A DNA stretch of 64,000 bases from a phage. Where the stretch lies: NCBI GenBank assembly GCA_024614665.1, contig GCA_024614665.1_4861.1; one strand, written 5' to 3'. The notes beneath the pieces were generated by a model that saw only the letters and a program-made list of their open reading frames with translations, did no database searches and was not told where the DNA came from. Of this stretch, positions 18,358-28,800 are shown piece by piece. Both the position numbers and the translations under genes were made by a program. Each line of letters starts with the position of its first letter. Position 1 is the first letter of the stretch.

Positions 18358-18745
18358 TTTTAATATCTCCACGATTAAGGGTGATGCGACCGACGAGCAC
18401 ATCGTTGTGATAAAAACTCACAGCAACCAGATCTGGCAATTCCAACGGCGATACACTGACCGAGGTGACTTTTGGTTGATTGCACGATATGTCGATTAAT
18501 CGCTGATACATTTTCAATTTCTTATCAGCGATAACCAGCCCTGTGCAGTTCTTACCGTCCGTCAGTCTGTAGATTTGTAACTGTTCGACCTCACGCATCA
18601 GTTCCGGTTTTTCATTCGGTGCAATGGCATAATCCGAATCAGCTGATGTGTATTCAGTCACGTCTGGCTTATCGAAAGCATAAGTTGCTGCAATACCACA
18701 TGCGGCCAGAACTACTACTGCTTGTAAGAACTTCTTGATAGTCAT
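18344..18745 (-). CDS. lipoprotein
   Basis: MTIKKFLQAVVVLAACG with lipobox LAAC; ORF track. Confidence 0.6.
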   Translation of the reverse strand: MTIKKFLQAVVVLAACGIAATYAFDKPDVTEYTSADSDYAIAPNEKPELMREVEQLQIYRLTDGKNCTGLVIADKKLKMYQRLIDISCNQPKVTSVSVSPLELPDLVAVSFYHNDVLVGRITLNRGDIKNEMQ

Positions 18746-18767
18746 GTTTTGCTCTATAGTCGATTGG

Positions 18768-18800
18768 TTTAAAAAAGAATAGGCTACCCGAGGGTAGCCA
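18768..18800 (-). terminator. intrinsic terminator
   Basis: hairpin GGCTACCC-GA-GGGTAGCC with T-run on the minus strand after 18851..19438. Confidence 0.6.
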
Positions 18801-18850
18801 GTTGAGTTAATCTCTTAACTCTCACCTAGGTAATATATATCTGAGATATT

Positions 18851-19438
18851 TTACAATGTGAAGGTTGTGTTAAGAATACGAAAACCCAATGCTCGCTTAG
18901 CGATTTGCATATTTGCAGGCGTGAAGTCCACCAGTTTGATTTGAACGATCGATAAATCGTAAAGCTTGTGAAGCACTTCGATTTTGTGCCGCCAATCTGT
19001 TTTTTGGTGCAGCTCTATCGTCGTTGGTATCTCGCCTAGTCTCGGCAACTGTGCCCCAAGTAAACGATGATGGACTTTACCGTTTATAGTTGGGGTACCT
19101 TCCGTAACCATCAGTCGTGCATCGATGTAGTTATTTCGCTTAGCGTACTCCATAAAAGTTTTGACATTTATCTTTTCCTCGTATAGAATGCTGCGAAAGT
19201 ATTCGTAAATGATGTGTCCTGCCTCCCTACCGCTTTCCGAGTCTGGAATAACCTTATCGATGAAAATCGCAGAGACCACTTCGCTCCGACGCGAATGCAT
19301 TGTAATGACCCTATCCCCGTGCTGTGCGGCAGTTAATAATCCACTCACATCAAGCCCCACCGGAAACAAGCCACGACTACGCATTACGTGCAGGTCTTCT
19401 AACTTGTTCTCTTGCAGTCGTAAAATACGTTCTGTCAT
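18851..19438 (-). CDS. hypothetical protein (about 195 aa)
   Basis: ORF track begins with GTG at 19447; ATG (MTERIL...) at 19438 with GAGGTG RBS. Confidence 0.55.
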   Translation of the reverse strand: MTERILRLQENKLEDLHVMRSRGLFPVGLDVSGLLTAAQHGDRVITMHSRRSEVVSAIFIDKVIPDSESGREAGHIIYEYFRSILYEEKINVKTFMEYAKRNNYIDARLMVTEGTPTINGKVHHRLLGAQLPRLGEIPTTIELHQKTDWRHKIEVLHKLYDLSIVQIKLVDFTPANMQIAKRALGFRILNTTFTL

Positions 19439-19469
19439 ATACCACACCTCAAATTAATTTGAGTTAAGT

Positions 19470-19512
19470 GTAAAAAATAAGAGGACTCCAGTAACCCTCG
19501 TGGTTACTGGAG
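19470..19512 (-). terminator. intrinsic terminator
   Basis: hairpin CTCCAGTAACC-CTCGT-GGTTACTGGAG with T-run on the minus strand after 19518..20045. Confidence 0.6.
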
Positions 19513-19517
19513 ATAAA

Positions 19518-20045
19518 CTACACACTCAACGTTTCAATGAATTTGATGCGCGCTGGGTGAAATGTGTGATAAACAGTTACCGGCGTGTGCGCGCCTTCTG
19601 CTGCGTGTATTGCACCATCGTATCCGTTCAGCAATAGATGGTCGTATATCGTACTGCAGTTATACGCCACCGATGCCCACAGAGGTAACTTGTCAAACTC
19701 TTTAGGGTGTTGGTGGTAAACCTCCATCAAACCCTTTTCAGGATGACGCTCTCGGATACGCTCCCACTCATTTGTTTCAATGAGCAAGTTCCCTTTCTTC
19801 TGTGCAACAGTCTGGTATTGGTGCGGGGAGAGAATCTCGCGGAAATTACCGATATCGACGAACGGGTCAGTAGGATCGTTGATAAACGGATTGGTGATTT
19901 CCAAAGAAACGTGGTTGATTAGCCAGCTGGGATTCGCTTTAACAATTTCAGCAGGGACATCGATGTCTTTATAGACAACTTGAGAACGTGAAAGGTTAGC
20001 CTCAACAAACGGCTTATCAGTAACAATATAACCTTCGAGTTTCAT
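19518..20045 (-). CDS. hypothetical protein (175 aa)
   Basis: ORF track; start overlaps stop of upstream gene. Confidence 0.6.
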   Translation of the reverse strand: MKLEGYIVTDKPFVEANLSRSQVVYKDIDVPAEIVKANPSWLINHVSLEITNPFINDPTDPFVDIGNFREILSPHQYQTVAQKKGNLLIETNEWERIRERHPEKGLMEVYHQHPKEFDKLPLWASVAYNCSTIYDHLLLNGYDGAIHAAEGAHTPVTVYHTFHPARIKFIETLSV

Positions 20046-20608
20046 TATAAGGCTCCTTTAAAGTGGTATGTCATGCTTTCCACGAGGTGAGAAGTCTGGC
20101 TTTCAAAGAAGTGTAAAACGGGTTCGAGCGGTACACCACCGAGATTATAAATAGTGACGTCCTGCTTTAATCCCGCATTAATTTCACTAAGAAAAGACTC
20201 GATTGCCTGTTCGCTGTTCGTTGTGGAGAGGGTGATCGTTGTTTCACCCTCTTCGCTAAAGCCTGACGCATCTTGTAAACGTAAAACAGTTGGCACAGTT
20301 TTACTAATACGGATGTCTGGCGGAAGGATGACCTCCAATTGTGGCGTACGTACTTTACGCGCAAGGTAATTAACAAACAGATTGACATCAAGCTCACTGA
20401 CTCCGCAGCAAATGCAGTTTAGAACCGTTGCCAAATTCGTTGTCTTCCGTTCAAAAATTCCCTTGATCTGTTTAGCTTTATCGCTGTAAAGGAACACCAG
20501 TAGTTGGTCGGGATTATCTGGTAAATCCTTTTCCACTCCCTCCCATTCCGGATCGTCGCGGACATGTTCTTGCCAGATATCGTTACGTATTTCTAACAAG
20601 CGGAACAT
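20045..20608 (-). CDS. hypothetical protein (187 aa)
   Basis: ORF track. Confidence 0.6.
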   Translation of the reverse strand: MFRLLEIRNDIWQEHVRDDPEWEGVEKDLPDNPDQLLVFLYSDKAKQIKGIFERKTTNLATVLNCICCGVSELDVNLFVNYLARKVRTPQLEVILPPDIRISKTVPTVLRLQDASGFSEEGETTITLSTTNSEQAIESFLSEINAGLKQDVTIYNLGGVPLEPVLHFFESQTSHLVESMTYHFKGAL

Positions 20609-20617
20609 ATACCCTCC

Positions 20618-21199
20618 TTACGCAACGTAAACCGCGCGATGGTTGCGGAAGCCGTGTTCTTCGGTAAGGTAGCGGGCGTAGGTGTGTTCAATAGACGGAG
20701 TATAACAAAGCAGATGCAGTTCCTGCCCTTCAGCTAGGCCAGGCAACATCACACTCAACCAGTCCATTCCACCGTTCTGTTGAAGCATGTCTTGAGTTAG
20801 CGTTAGCGGTTGAACAATATGTTCCGGACTGCTATCGTCTTCACTTTTTGTAAAACGAAGAATTCCCGGACGAGAACCCTCCACCAGTACCGTGCGCGGT
20901 AAGTCAAACGCGACCACTTTCGCTTTCTGTTCGTAGGACGACTTATAACGACGTAGTAGTCCAATATCGGTATCCAGTACGGTAGCCATCACGTTATACA
21001 ACATCACAAGACGGCCGTCGTTGTCGTTAGTGACATGTTTTACGAACACCAACATCGGAATACCTTCGCGTTGGAATACCACGAAGTCTGCTTCTTTGTA
21101 TTTCTCGCAACCTTCTACTACCTGTGGGGCTTTCACGCGATAGCGGCGGGTCAGTTCTTCGTAGTTCATTTCATGTTGTTCAATAATTGGTTGTGGCAT
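20618..21199 (-). CDS. hypothetical protein (193 aa)
   Basis: ORF track. Confidence 0.6.
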   Translation of the reverse strand: MPQPIIEQHEMNYEELTRRYRVKAPQVVEGCEKYKEADFVVFQREGIPMLVFVKHVTNDNDGRLVMLYNVMATVLDTDIGLLRRYKSSYEQKAKVVAFDLPRTVLVEGSRPGILRFTKSEDDSSPEHIVQPLTLTQDMLQQNGGMDWLSVMLPGLAEGQELHLLCYTPSIEHTYARYLTEEHGFRNHRAVYVA

Positions 21200-21218
21200 G
21201 GTTATATACTCTTTACGG

Positions 21219-21250
21219 TTAAAAAATAAGAAGGGGGTACAAGACCCCCG
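21219..21250 (-). terminator. intrinsic terminator
   Basis: hairpin GGGGGT-ACAAG-ACCCCC with T-run on the minus strand after 21260..22498. Confidence 0.5.
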
Positions 21251-21259
21251 ATGACGAGA

Positions 21260-22498
21260 TTACAGTAAACGCAAATCTGCGACAAACAACAGTTGACGGC
21301 CGTACTTAGTCACTTCTTTCCAGCCATTGTTAACACCCCATTTGATGATAGCGTCGTAATGCCACTGTTTCAGTTCGCTGGTACCCCACGCATCCCGTAC
21401 CGCCTTCGCCGACATCAAATAAGCAGGTTCGGCAACGGAGCGCATTTCAGAATCTGGCAGGCGAGAAACAACGGAACTGTTCACGCGCCGCAGCGTTCCT
21501 GACACTTGTATCCAGAACGCAGGCGATATTGTATTTGTCGGTCGACAGTCAAATACCCACGCCGTGTCATTTTCACTGGCCGGGGTCTTGCGTTTATAGA
21601 TGCTTAACAGTATTTCTGACTGGATAACTTCGCGGAAAACAGCAAGAAGAGCGACGACTTTCTCATTAACCACCTCACCCTTTTCGACCTTATAGTAATC
21701 TTTAAGGTTTCCTGGCTCTGTTATCGGCATTACTGACCAAACATCGGCGTCTAACATCTCACCGAAATAATGGTTAGCGTTTTCATCAGATGTCCAGAAC
21801 ATCGTATTACCGTCATTGGCAGTGGTGACTAGATCACGCAGTGCTTCCTTGGTGTCTTCGTCAATTTCCACAGGTTTGGCTGCTTCACGCGGTGCGTTTT
21901 TCGTGTAGAATCTGCGCTTGCTTACCGCTCTATTCCATACGGTAGTAATTTGGTACGCAGTGAATTCGGGGAACTGCTGCACCAACACTTCCGCATCAAC
22001 ATCGAGTCGCTCTGAATTAAAGTTTTGTAATTTCTCATTAAACCCTGTATTCAGCTCTCCGCCAGTCCACCAGTTGCTGTCGCTTAGTGCAGGCATGTCA
22101 GGTGTTAACTCGAACACCGGTTTACCGGTCAGCAGAGTAAGAATGTAGTGCACCCACATTGTGTTACCCTCAGCAATGGCGCGTCCGATGTTTTGATTAC
22201 CCGATAGGTAAGTTACTCGCGAATCCCCTTCGAACGTCATGGTTAACTCAACCCACGGCGCTAAGTCGGAGACGTGGTGGCCTAAACGGCACTTTACTTC
22301 CCCTTTGTCAAGCAGACGCTTTTCAACAACGGTTGAGAGCTTTTGTGGCAGGCACGCACAATCCTGCCACGTTACGTCGCTGTAAGCCATACTCCGAATA
22401 TTGAACTGCATTCCCAACAGTACAATTGAGTTAGTAATTACTGCATTAAAGAATGCTTCTTTCGGTGTCTGGTAAACTAATTCGTATTCGTTATACAT
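21260..22498 (-). CDS. hypothetical protein (412 aa)
   Basis: ORF track; followed by hairpin terminator at 21219-21250. Confidence 0.65.
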   Translation of the reverse strand: MYNEYELVYQTPKEAFFNAVITNSIVLLGMQFNIRSMAYSDVTWQDCACLPQKLSTVVEKRLLDKGEVKCRLGHHVSDLAPWVELTMTFEGDSRVTYLSGNQNIGRAIAEGNTMWVHYILTLLTGKPVFELTPDMPALSDSNWWTGGELNTGFNEKLQNFNSERLDVDAEVLVQQFPEFTAYQITTVWNRAVSKRRFYTKNAPREAAKPVEIDEDTKEALRDLVTTANDGNTMFWTSDENANHYFGEMLDADVWSVMPITEPGNLKDYYKVEKGEVVNEKVVALLAVFREVIQSEILLSIYKRKTPASENDTAWVFDCRPTNTISPAFWIQVSGTLRRVNSSVVSRLPDSEMRSVAEPAYLMSAKAVRDAWGTSELKQWHYDAIIKWGVNNGWKEVTKYGRQLLFVADLRLL

Positions 22499-22618
22499 TT
22501 GGTATTTCCTTTAAAGTACACTAAAGTGACCAAAAACTGTTACTAAAGAACAGTTGGTGTTTAAGCGACTGTGGGTTTATACACAATGCTCACTAAGATG
22601 ACATCTATCTGTAAAAAC

Positions 22619-22936
22619 TTAGTATACGACCAGGACGACGCAGTCATCGATAGCCAGATTCAGTAATGAGTAGTCGTTACTTAACCGCTGGTAACGCATC
22701 CCTTTTTCAAACTGACTTAATTGTTCAGTCGGCATGGCGTATACCGCGCTTTGCACTACTCCCGTAAACAGTTCGTCGTAGAACTGGTCTACTTCCCCGA
22801 CTTTGTAAAAGCGCATTCTTTGATTGTTAGCAAAGACGCTGTCTAGCTTCCCGTTACTGGCTTTCTGTAACGCAGTAAAGGCACTGTCTGCATCATTACG
22901 CTCTAATGCACTTTTAATGGTTTGAAATAAAGACAT
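22619..22936 (-). CDS. hypothetical protein (105 aa)
   Basis: ORF track; first gene of the minus-strand block, divergent from 23117. Confidence 0.55.
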   Translation of the reverse strand: MSLFQTIKSALERNDADSAFTALQKASNGKLDSVFANNQRMRFYKVGEVDQFYDELFTGVVQSAVYAMPTEQLSQFEKGMRYQRLSNDYSLLNLAIDDCVVLVVY

Positions 22937-23116
22937 GGTACTGCACTCCTCGTTAGGTTAAAAGTCAAGGTCAACTACAAAAAGGATGTCGGTATCCTAC
23001 GGATACCTCCGTTTATGTTCGCATCCAATACATAAACCCCCTTACCCCCGTACTCTCCTCGATTGTCAAACGATGAGATCGAAACGTAAAAAAGTGTAGT
23101 ATGAGAGGAGGGTGGT

Positions 23117-24049
23117 ATGAACAAATCTAAGTCAGGGTTGCACATCTTCTCGATAGGTATCGTCGCGGAAGATAAACCTCGTGGTGCCACTCGAGTTAAA
23201 GTCATCCCTATCGAAGTTAACTTTATTAATCCAACAGCTGTCGATGCAACAGAGACGCCTGTAGAGAAGCAACACAACAGTTTAAGTGGTACTGACAACC
23301 TTACTGTAAAGCAAGGTAATGCCATCACTGCAAAATGGATGAAGTCCAATAGCAACCGGGTTAACCCTCCGGATGTGAAAAAAGAAGACTATGTAAGAAT
23401 CTGGCGTATCGGTGAAACCGATATGTACTTCTGGGAAGATTTAAACAACAGTAACGTTAAGCGACTGGAAGATGGGGTATATGCCTGGTCTGCTGACCCA
23501 GTAAACCAGATGGCCGATGACCTCTCTAACGCCTACGTACTGAATATCTCCCCGATGGATGGTCACATTACCTTACGTACCAGTATGACCAACGGTGAGA
23601 AAAATGCGTATTTGCTCCAGCTGAATACCCGTGACGGACTTTGCCAGTTAGTGGATGACGAAGGGCGTAAGTTCTACCTCAATTCTCCGGAGGATGACTT
23701 AGGGTTTGAAAACGCCTGCCGGTCGAAGATTAATATCAATAAAGAGGACGCTTTCATTTATGCTAAACGTTCTATTAATCTCGAGACAAAGACGATTAAC
23801 GAGAAGTGCGAAACTCGCAACTCTACAGCGTCGAAAAACATGGCATGGACGACTGAAGACTGGAAGACCACATGCCCAACGAATCTATTTACCGGTAACC
23901 TGGAAGTAGGTAAGGATTTCCTCTATAACGGCAAGGGTGAGGGTAAGGGCACATTCACAGTTACCGAATCGGTTATCGGCGGCATCACCTTTACTCTTCA
24001 CGTACATACTGGCCATGGTCCGGGCAACGACACCAGTACACCTCACTAA
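23117..24049 (+). CDS. hypothetical protein (310 aa), possible virion spike or needle-like protein
   Basis: GAGGAGGG RBS; C-terminal GITFTLHVHTGHGPG (HxH-type motif); function not established. Confidence 0.6.
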   Translation: MNKSKSGLHIFSIGIVAEDKPRGATRVKVIPIEVNFINPTAVDATETPVEKQHNSLSGTDNLTVKQGNAITAKWMKSNSNRVNPPDVKKEDYVRIWRIGETDMYFWEDLNNSNVKRLEDGVYAWSADPVNQMADDLSNAYVLNISPMDGHITLRTSMTNGEKNAYLLQLNTRDGLCQLVDDEGRKFYLNSPEDDLGFENACRSKININKEDAFIYAKRSINLETKTINEKCETRNSTASKNMAWTTEDWKTTCPTNLFTGNLEVGKDFLYNGKGEGKGTFTVTESVIGGITFTLHVHTGHGPGNDTSTPH

Positions 24050-24209
24050 GTTATTTACGTGTGTGGGGTATAATGTGACAATAAACCCCTAACTGTAACG
24101 ATAACCCGAATCGCTTGTACACAGTTAGCCACTTTTTTCGCACAAAAGCCGGTTTATTGTCAACTAACTTACGAGTCGGGGCAGTTAATATGCCTCGTAG
24201 TACAAGTAG

Positions 24210-24236
24210 TTGAACATAGGGTTCTTCTGCTATCAT
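24210..24236 (+). promoter_or_regulatory. candidate sigma70-like promoter for the DUF1471 gene
   Basis: TTGAAC - 15 nt - TATCAT, about 20 nt upstream of the ATG at 24257; spacer is shorter than optimal. Confidence 0.3.
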
Positions 24237-24256
24237 TTGTTAATGGAGATAAGTAA

Positions 24257-24466
24257 ATGAGCATTCGTGAAATCACCGCAGGCAGCGACGTTTCTGGTCT
24301 GGTAGAAGCAGGCACCGTTCAGGTTTCTGGACTGAGCACCGTTACCGAAGTTACCGAAGCGCTGGCTAAAAAAGCCGAAGCTGAAGGCGGCGTAGCATTC
24401 AAAGTTACCGCTTGTGGCGGCAACAACAAAATGTTCGGCAACGCGATCTATTACGTAAACGCGTAA
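24257..24466 (+). CDS. DUF1471 (BhsA/YdgH/McbA-like) domain protein, 69 aa, no signal peptide
   Basis: GTVQVSGLSTVTEVTEALAKKAEAEGGVAFKVTACGGNNKMFGNAIYYV matches the DUF1471 pattern as I recall it; GGAG RBS; flanked by a strong terminator. Confidence 0.6.
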   Translation: MSIREITAGSDVSGLVEAGTVQVSGLSTVTEVTEALAKKAEAEGGVAFKVTACGGNNKMFGNAIYYVNA

Positions 24467-24480
24467 TCAGCCTGCAGGCA

Positions 24481-24537
24481 AAAAAAGATATAGGTACCCT
24501 ACTCCCAACGGGAGTAGGGTTTACCTTTTATTTTTTT
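24481..24537. terminator. bidirectional intrinsic terminator
   Basis: A-run, hairpin ACCCTACTCCC-AAC-GGGAGTAGGGT, long T-run; between convergent genes ending 24466 and 24528. Confidence 0.7.
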
Positions 24538-25790
24538 CTTGCTTTGTAGCGATGCATTTCAACAAACGGCTTACCCCAAGCCCCGAAAGGCCCGACGATT
24601 GCCTGCGCGTCGTTTACCAAATTCTGGTTATACCAACGTGCGTTCCCCAACAAAAAGTTTTCCCGGTCGAAGAATGTGGTATTGAAAACCCACTCCCCTT
24701 CTTCCCAGGTCGGCCAGTACCCTACACATTTACCAATACGGTTAAAGATAGGACCTAGCGTTTTCTTCCCATCTGGGTCAGTTGGGTCTTTTAAATAGAA
24801 CCGGCCCCAGATAGCGTTGTGGCTTATTCCGTGAATCTCTTTTTCGAGATACGGGTTGTCTATCGTAAAGATAAACGAGGATTCGTGCGTCAGCAACGCT
24901 TTTAACGTTTCTGAGTTACGAATACGTTGAACGGACGTAGGCGTACTTAAATCACCTACACCGATGGCGTCCCAATCGTAATAGCGACGGGTTTCCAATA
25001 CAATCTTCGCCACGCTAAGGTTTGGCAGACTCAGCATAATCGCACGGTCGCTGAAATAGCCCTGCGGTGGCAACCAATGCAGAATACCCCCGATGACGAA
25101 CCCAACGGTTTTCCCTGTAATGGAATCGGGTAAGGTCAACATTAACGAAGAATAGTAATCTCGCGTAGTATCGAGTTTGTTCATCGTTAAACCGGATATG
25201 GGGTAGGTCTTTACTTTACCGATGTTTGCCATCACCAGACAGCCGATGTCAGGTGTATTGGCACGCCGCACGATGTTACCAGCGCCAGTTAAGCGAACAC
25301 CCACTGGGTCAGATTGGTGAGGTACCCATTGACCGTTGATGTTGTACAGTACCCCGGTACGGTATTTCTCTTTCCACTCATCGTCGCAGACTACAACAAC
25401 GTCATGTGCATCATCAGGATTGAAGTCCTGAGTGTAATGGTACCCAGGAGGGCATAGGTGCGTTTCTACGGGCACATCTGCATTAATAGACTGGTAGTGT
25501 GCCTCAACGAATTCGAGCTTCGGTAGGCCCTTCCCAAGCGTTGGAATCGCGATTCCTGACTTGGTGTTTAACCAATCTTGCAACGTGTCCGTACGGTTTT
25601 GTAAATCTGCCAGGTGATACTGGCTATAGAAGGTATATTCAGCACCTAGTGCTTCTAGTCCTACTTCGAAAAAGTGGTAGTTAGCACAAAGGGTATTTAA
25701 GGGCTGCGTGACATCGATGGTTCCCCAAGTTCGGGTGTCTCGAGAGAAGCCAAAAGCGCTGTCGGCCCGCACTTGATAAGCAGTAGTCAC
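24528..25790 (-). CDS. hypothetical protein (420 aa)
   Basis: ORF track; GTG start with GAGGAAA RBS. Confidence 0.55.
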   Translation of the reverse strand: MTTAYQVRADSAFGFSRDTRTWGTIDVTQPLNTLCANYHFFEVGLEALGAEYTFYSQYHLADLQNRTDTLQDWLNTKSGIAIPTLGKGLPKLEFVEAHYQSINADVPVETHLCPPGYHYTQDFNPDDAHDVVVVCDDEWKEKYRTGVLYNINGQWVPHQSDPVGVRLTGAGNIVRRANTPDIGCLVMANIGKVKTYPISGLTMNKLDTTRDYYSSLMLTLPDSITGKTVGFVIGGILHWLPPQGYFSDRAIMLSLPNLSVAKIVLETRRYYDWDAIGVGDLSTPTSVQRIRNSETLKALLTHESSFIFTIDNPYLEKEIHGISHNAIWGRFYLKDPTDPDGKKTLGPIFNRIGKCVGYWPTWEEGEWVFNTTFFDRENFLLGNARWYNQNLVNDAQAIVGPFGAWGKPFVEMHRYKARKK

Positions 25791-25857
25791 TGGCTGTTTC
25801 CTCTAAGGATTCGGGTCATAGTATGAACTCGACGCCCTCAGAGAAAAGGAGTGTAAA

Positions 25858-28800
25858 ATGGCTGTCGTCCCTGACCCGCACTATCAAGAACCGGGGAATA
25901 TGCAGACCGGTGAAGCGGTAACGCCGATCGGTACTAAGTACCGGATGCTGTTCCCCGCACACGCCCCCTTTTATACCACATCCCTGGTGGTCAAGAGTGG
26001 CGGCAAGAAATTAACATTAGGTGATGATTACGTCATCACCCATGCGTACGTTACGGGCATGGCCCGCACTGGTCATGTTTGTCACGGCGGCGTGTGGATT
26101 ACCAACCCGAAATATCAGAGTGGCTTTACACTCGATTACCATGCAATTGGTATCGGTGAAGCCACTGCAGAAATGATCGCCGCAGAACGAGAAGCGAATA
26201 AAGATCGCTATCCTGTAGACTGCCAATGGGATAACGTCATTGGGGATTTATATTTCCCACCGGTCGATATTAAGTTCGACTGGGAAAACTGGCGTGGTGA
26301 ATCCGAACTGATGGAAGCGATTGCCGAGATCGGACAGAAGATCGCGACATTACCACCGATACCCGATCCGATGGCAAATAACACCGCAAAATACGTTGAT
26401 AACGATTTAGTTGAACCGAACTTTACGTACGATAACGCCGGTGGCTTCGTTACTAATACGAACAAAGCTGACCAGTATAGCACCTTAGGGTCAAGGACGT
26501 ATTCTCTTGGTGACTATAAGTTCCAGGCAACGTATACATTACCAAGTTACTACTCGACAACCACTACGCCGTACTGGTGGTTCACGCTAATCGGGTACTG
26601 GGGATCGCCTTTCCGCAAGGCAACGCTTGAACTTGTTAACGGTAACACTTTCCGCTTCCTAATTACCTACGACTCGTTTGACAAAAAAGAAACGTTCGTC
26701 TGGGCAACTTTGCCGGTTGGGATTGATTTCTTCAAGAAGCCTTTTACAGTTACCATTGACCGTAAACGTGCGGCCCGCACCATCGAATTGACTATTACGC
26801 AGGATTCGAAGGTCGTTTTACACTCGCTGATGGATATGAATAATCCACCGGCAGAGTTTGCGACCAGGTTTACACAACTGGGTATTGCGTCGACGCTGGA
26901 TCGCAATACGGACTTCCGTTTCCGTCACATCAGCAGCATCGGCGATAAAGTGTCTTTTAGGGCTCTTCCAGGCGCAGTCATTGAGGCCCCTGATGGCTCA
27001 GATGTACTATCGATACTCAAAAAGTATCACGCATTAGTTGACCAACTGTACCGAGGCGCGCCAGCGCACGCGCACGTGCCGCGCAAGGATAACCCACATC
27101 GCGATTCGTGGGGTGCAATCCGTGCTTTGGAAAATAACGGTATTGCTTCGGACGCGACACTGGTATACGGAAAAACGCAACCGCAGCTGACAGATTACGT
27201 TAACAATCTGTTGCCGAAACTGTCAACGCTGGCGAATAAGCTTTTGCGTTTACCGGCGGCTGCACAGTCTATCAGCGGCACGTTCGGCATGAAGCCTGGC
27301 CTGACTTCGATAACGTCAGCAGTGGGTACCGATGAGTCTGAAGGCGTGGGTGCGCAATTCACGGTTGACCCGAGGGTTATCCGTTTTATTGGACGCGATT
27401 CGCAAACCGTTAACGCCGGGAACAACCCGATCACATGGCAAGGCGGTGCTAACCAACTCATCCTTTATCCGGATTCCCGTGGATTGGAGTTCAACGGTAA
27501 GAAACTGTTGGACCCTACTACGGTCGGGCCGTATTTGCCGGGTAACGAGTCAGGTGGCGATGGACTGTTTTACGGAACTTCCACAGCTACTGTAACCATT
27601 AACGGTAACGGTATTCAGTCTGTTCCGTTTATTTGTACCTTTGTTCCACCGGAGTCCGATGACCTTGGCCTGATGGCTGTCCGTTTGTTGGCTACTGAAT
27701 TCGGCGATCGTGAGGACTTGGCCGCAACGCCGGCACTCATCAAGAAATTGGATCAGCAGTTTACGGGCAAGTTGGTTGCCGTTAAATCGTACATCAACGA
27801 CATGCCACTGACGAGTTCTATTTACATCGATAAAACTAACTTTGGCTTATCGAACGTACAGAACGTCCCAGATGTACAATTGCCGATTTCCCCGCTCCAA
27901 CAAGCTGAGCTGGACAAGTATGCAGTCGTCGGTCACAAACACACTTCTGCTGCGTTCGGGATTAAGCGTGCAACAACGACGGAGTTCGGTTTAGTACAGT
28001 TCGGCACCGCGGTTGACGATGCCACGCTGGCATTAGACGGCGGTGTGGTCATCCGACAGGCGGACGCCATCACAGAGATAGAGAAGGTTGCGAAGACGGT
28101 CGACTCTGGTGCTGCAATCGACATTATTCGTTACGGTTTACCCGGCACAGATATCATTGAAAACGGCATCACTTACACCGACTGGATGGTTACTATTAAA
28201 GCGAACGATTATTTCGTTGGTCGCGAGTACAAAGTACCTCTTTCCACATTTAACTTGGCGGAGCTATTCCCAGCAACGCACGAGGATGCTGAGTTTGGCG
28301 TGTATGTTGACGTGGCAGGCAACGATGCTAAGTATATTATCTACGAAAATCCAAATACGGCAGAAACTGAGACGATGACCAAAATAGGTTCCATCATCAC
28401 CAGTGAAACCGGTGTGGTGTTTGTAGAAATCCGCAACGTGACGCGTTTAGGTGAGTTCCGTGAATTAGGCGAGCATATCGAGGATGATAACGCCCATATT
28501 CGTCGGGGTATGACGCAAGCTGAATTCGGATTTACTTACGGTACGGGCGGGCCTGTGTGGTCCACGGGTGCACCGGGTACAAAACGTATAGATGCTGATT
28601 GGCGTTACGCGCAGGCTAACAGCTATACGCCTATGTTGGAAGCGGACTACGATCCGGCTGCTGACAAATGGACGTTTAAAACAACCAGTTTATCTGTAGC
28701 CGATTATCGTTTTGTCCACAACACATTCCCGATGTTCCAGAATAACGGCATTACCGCGACGTGGACACCTTTAACCGCAACAGCGGACAGTGTGCTAGAA

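Noticed and set aside
22975-23355. 126-aa minus-strand ORF across the divergent junction
   Set aside because: Overlaps the well-supported plus-strand gene 23117..24049 and the intergenic hairpins; no RBS
24069-24074. Perfect TATAAT hexamer 20 nt after the stop of 23117..24049
   Set aside because: No acceptable -35 element or TG extension at the right spacing; treated as chance
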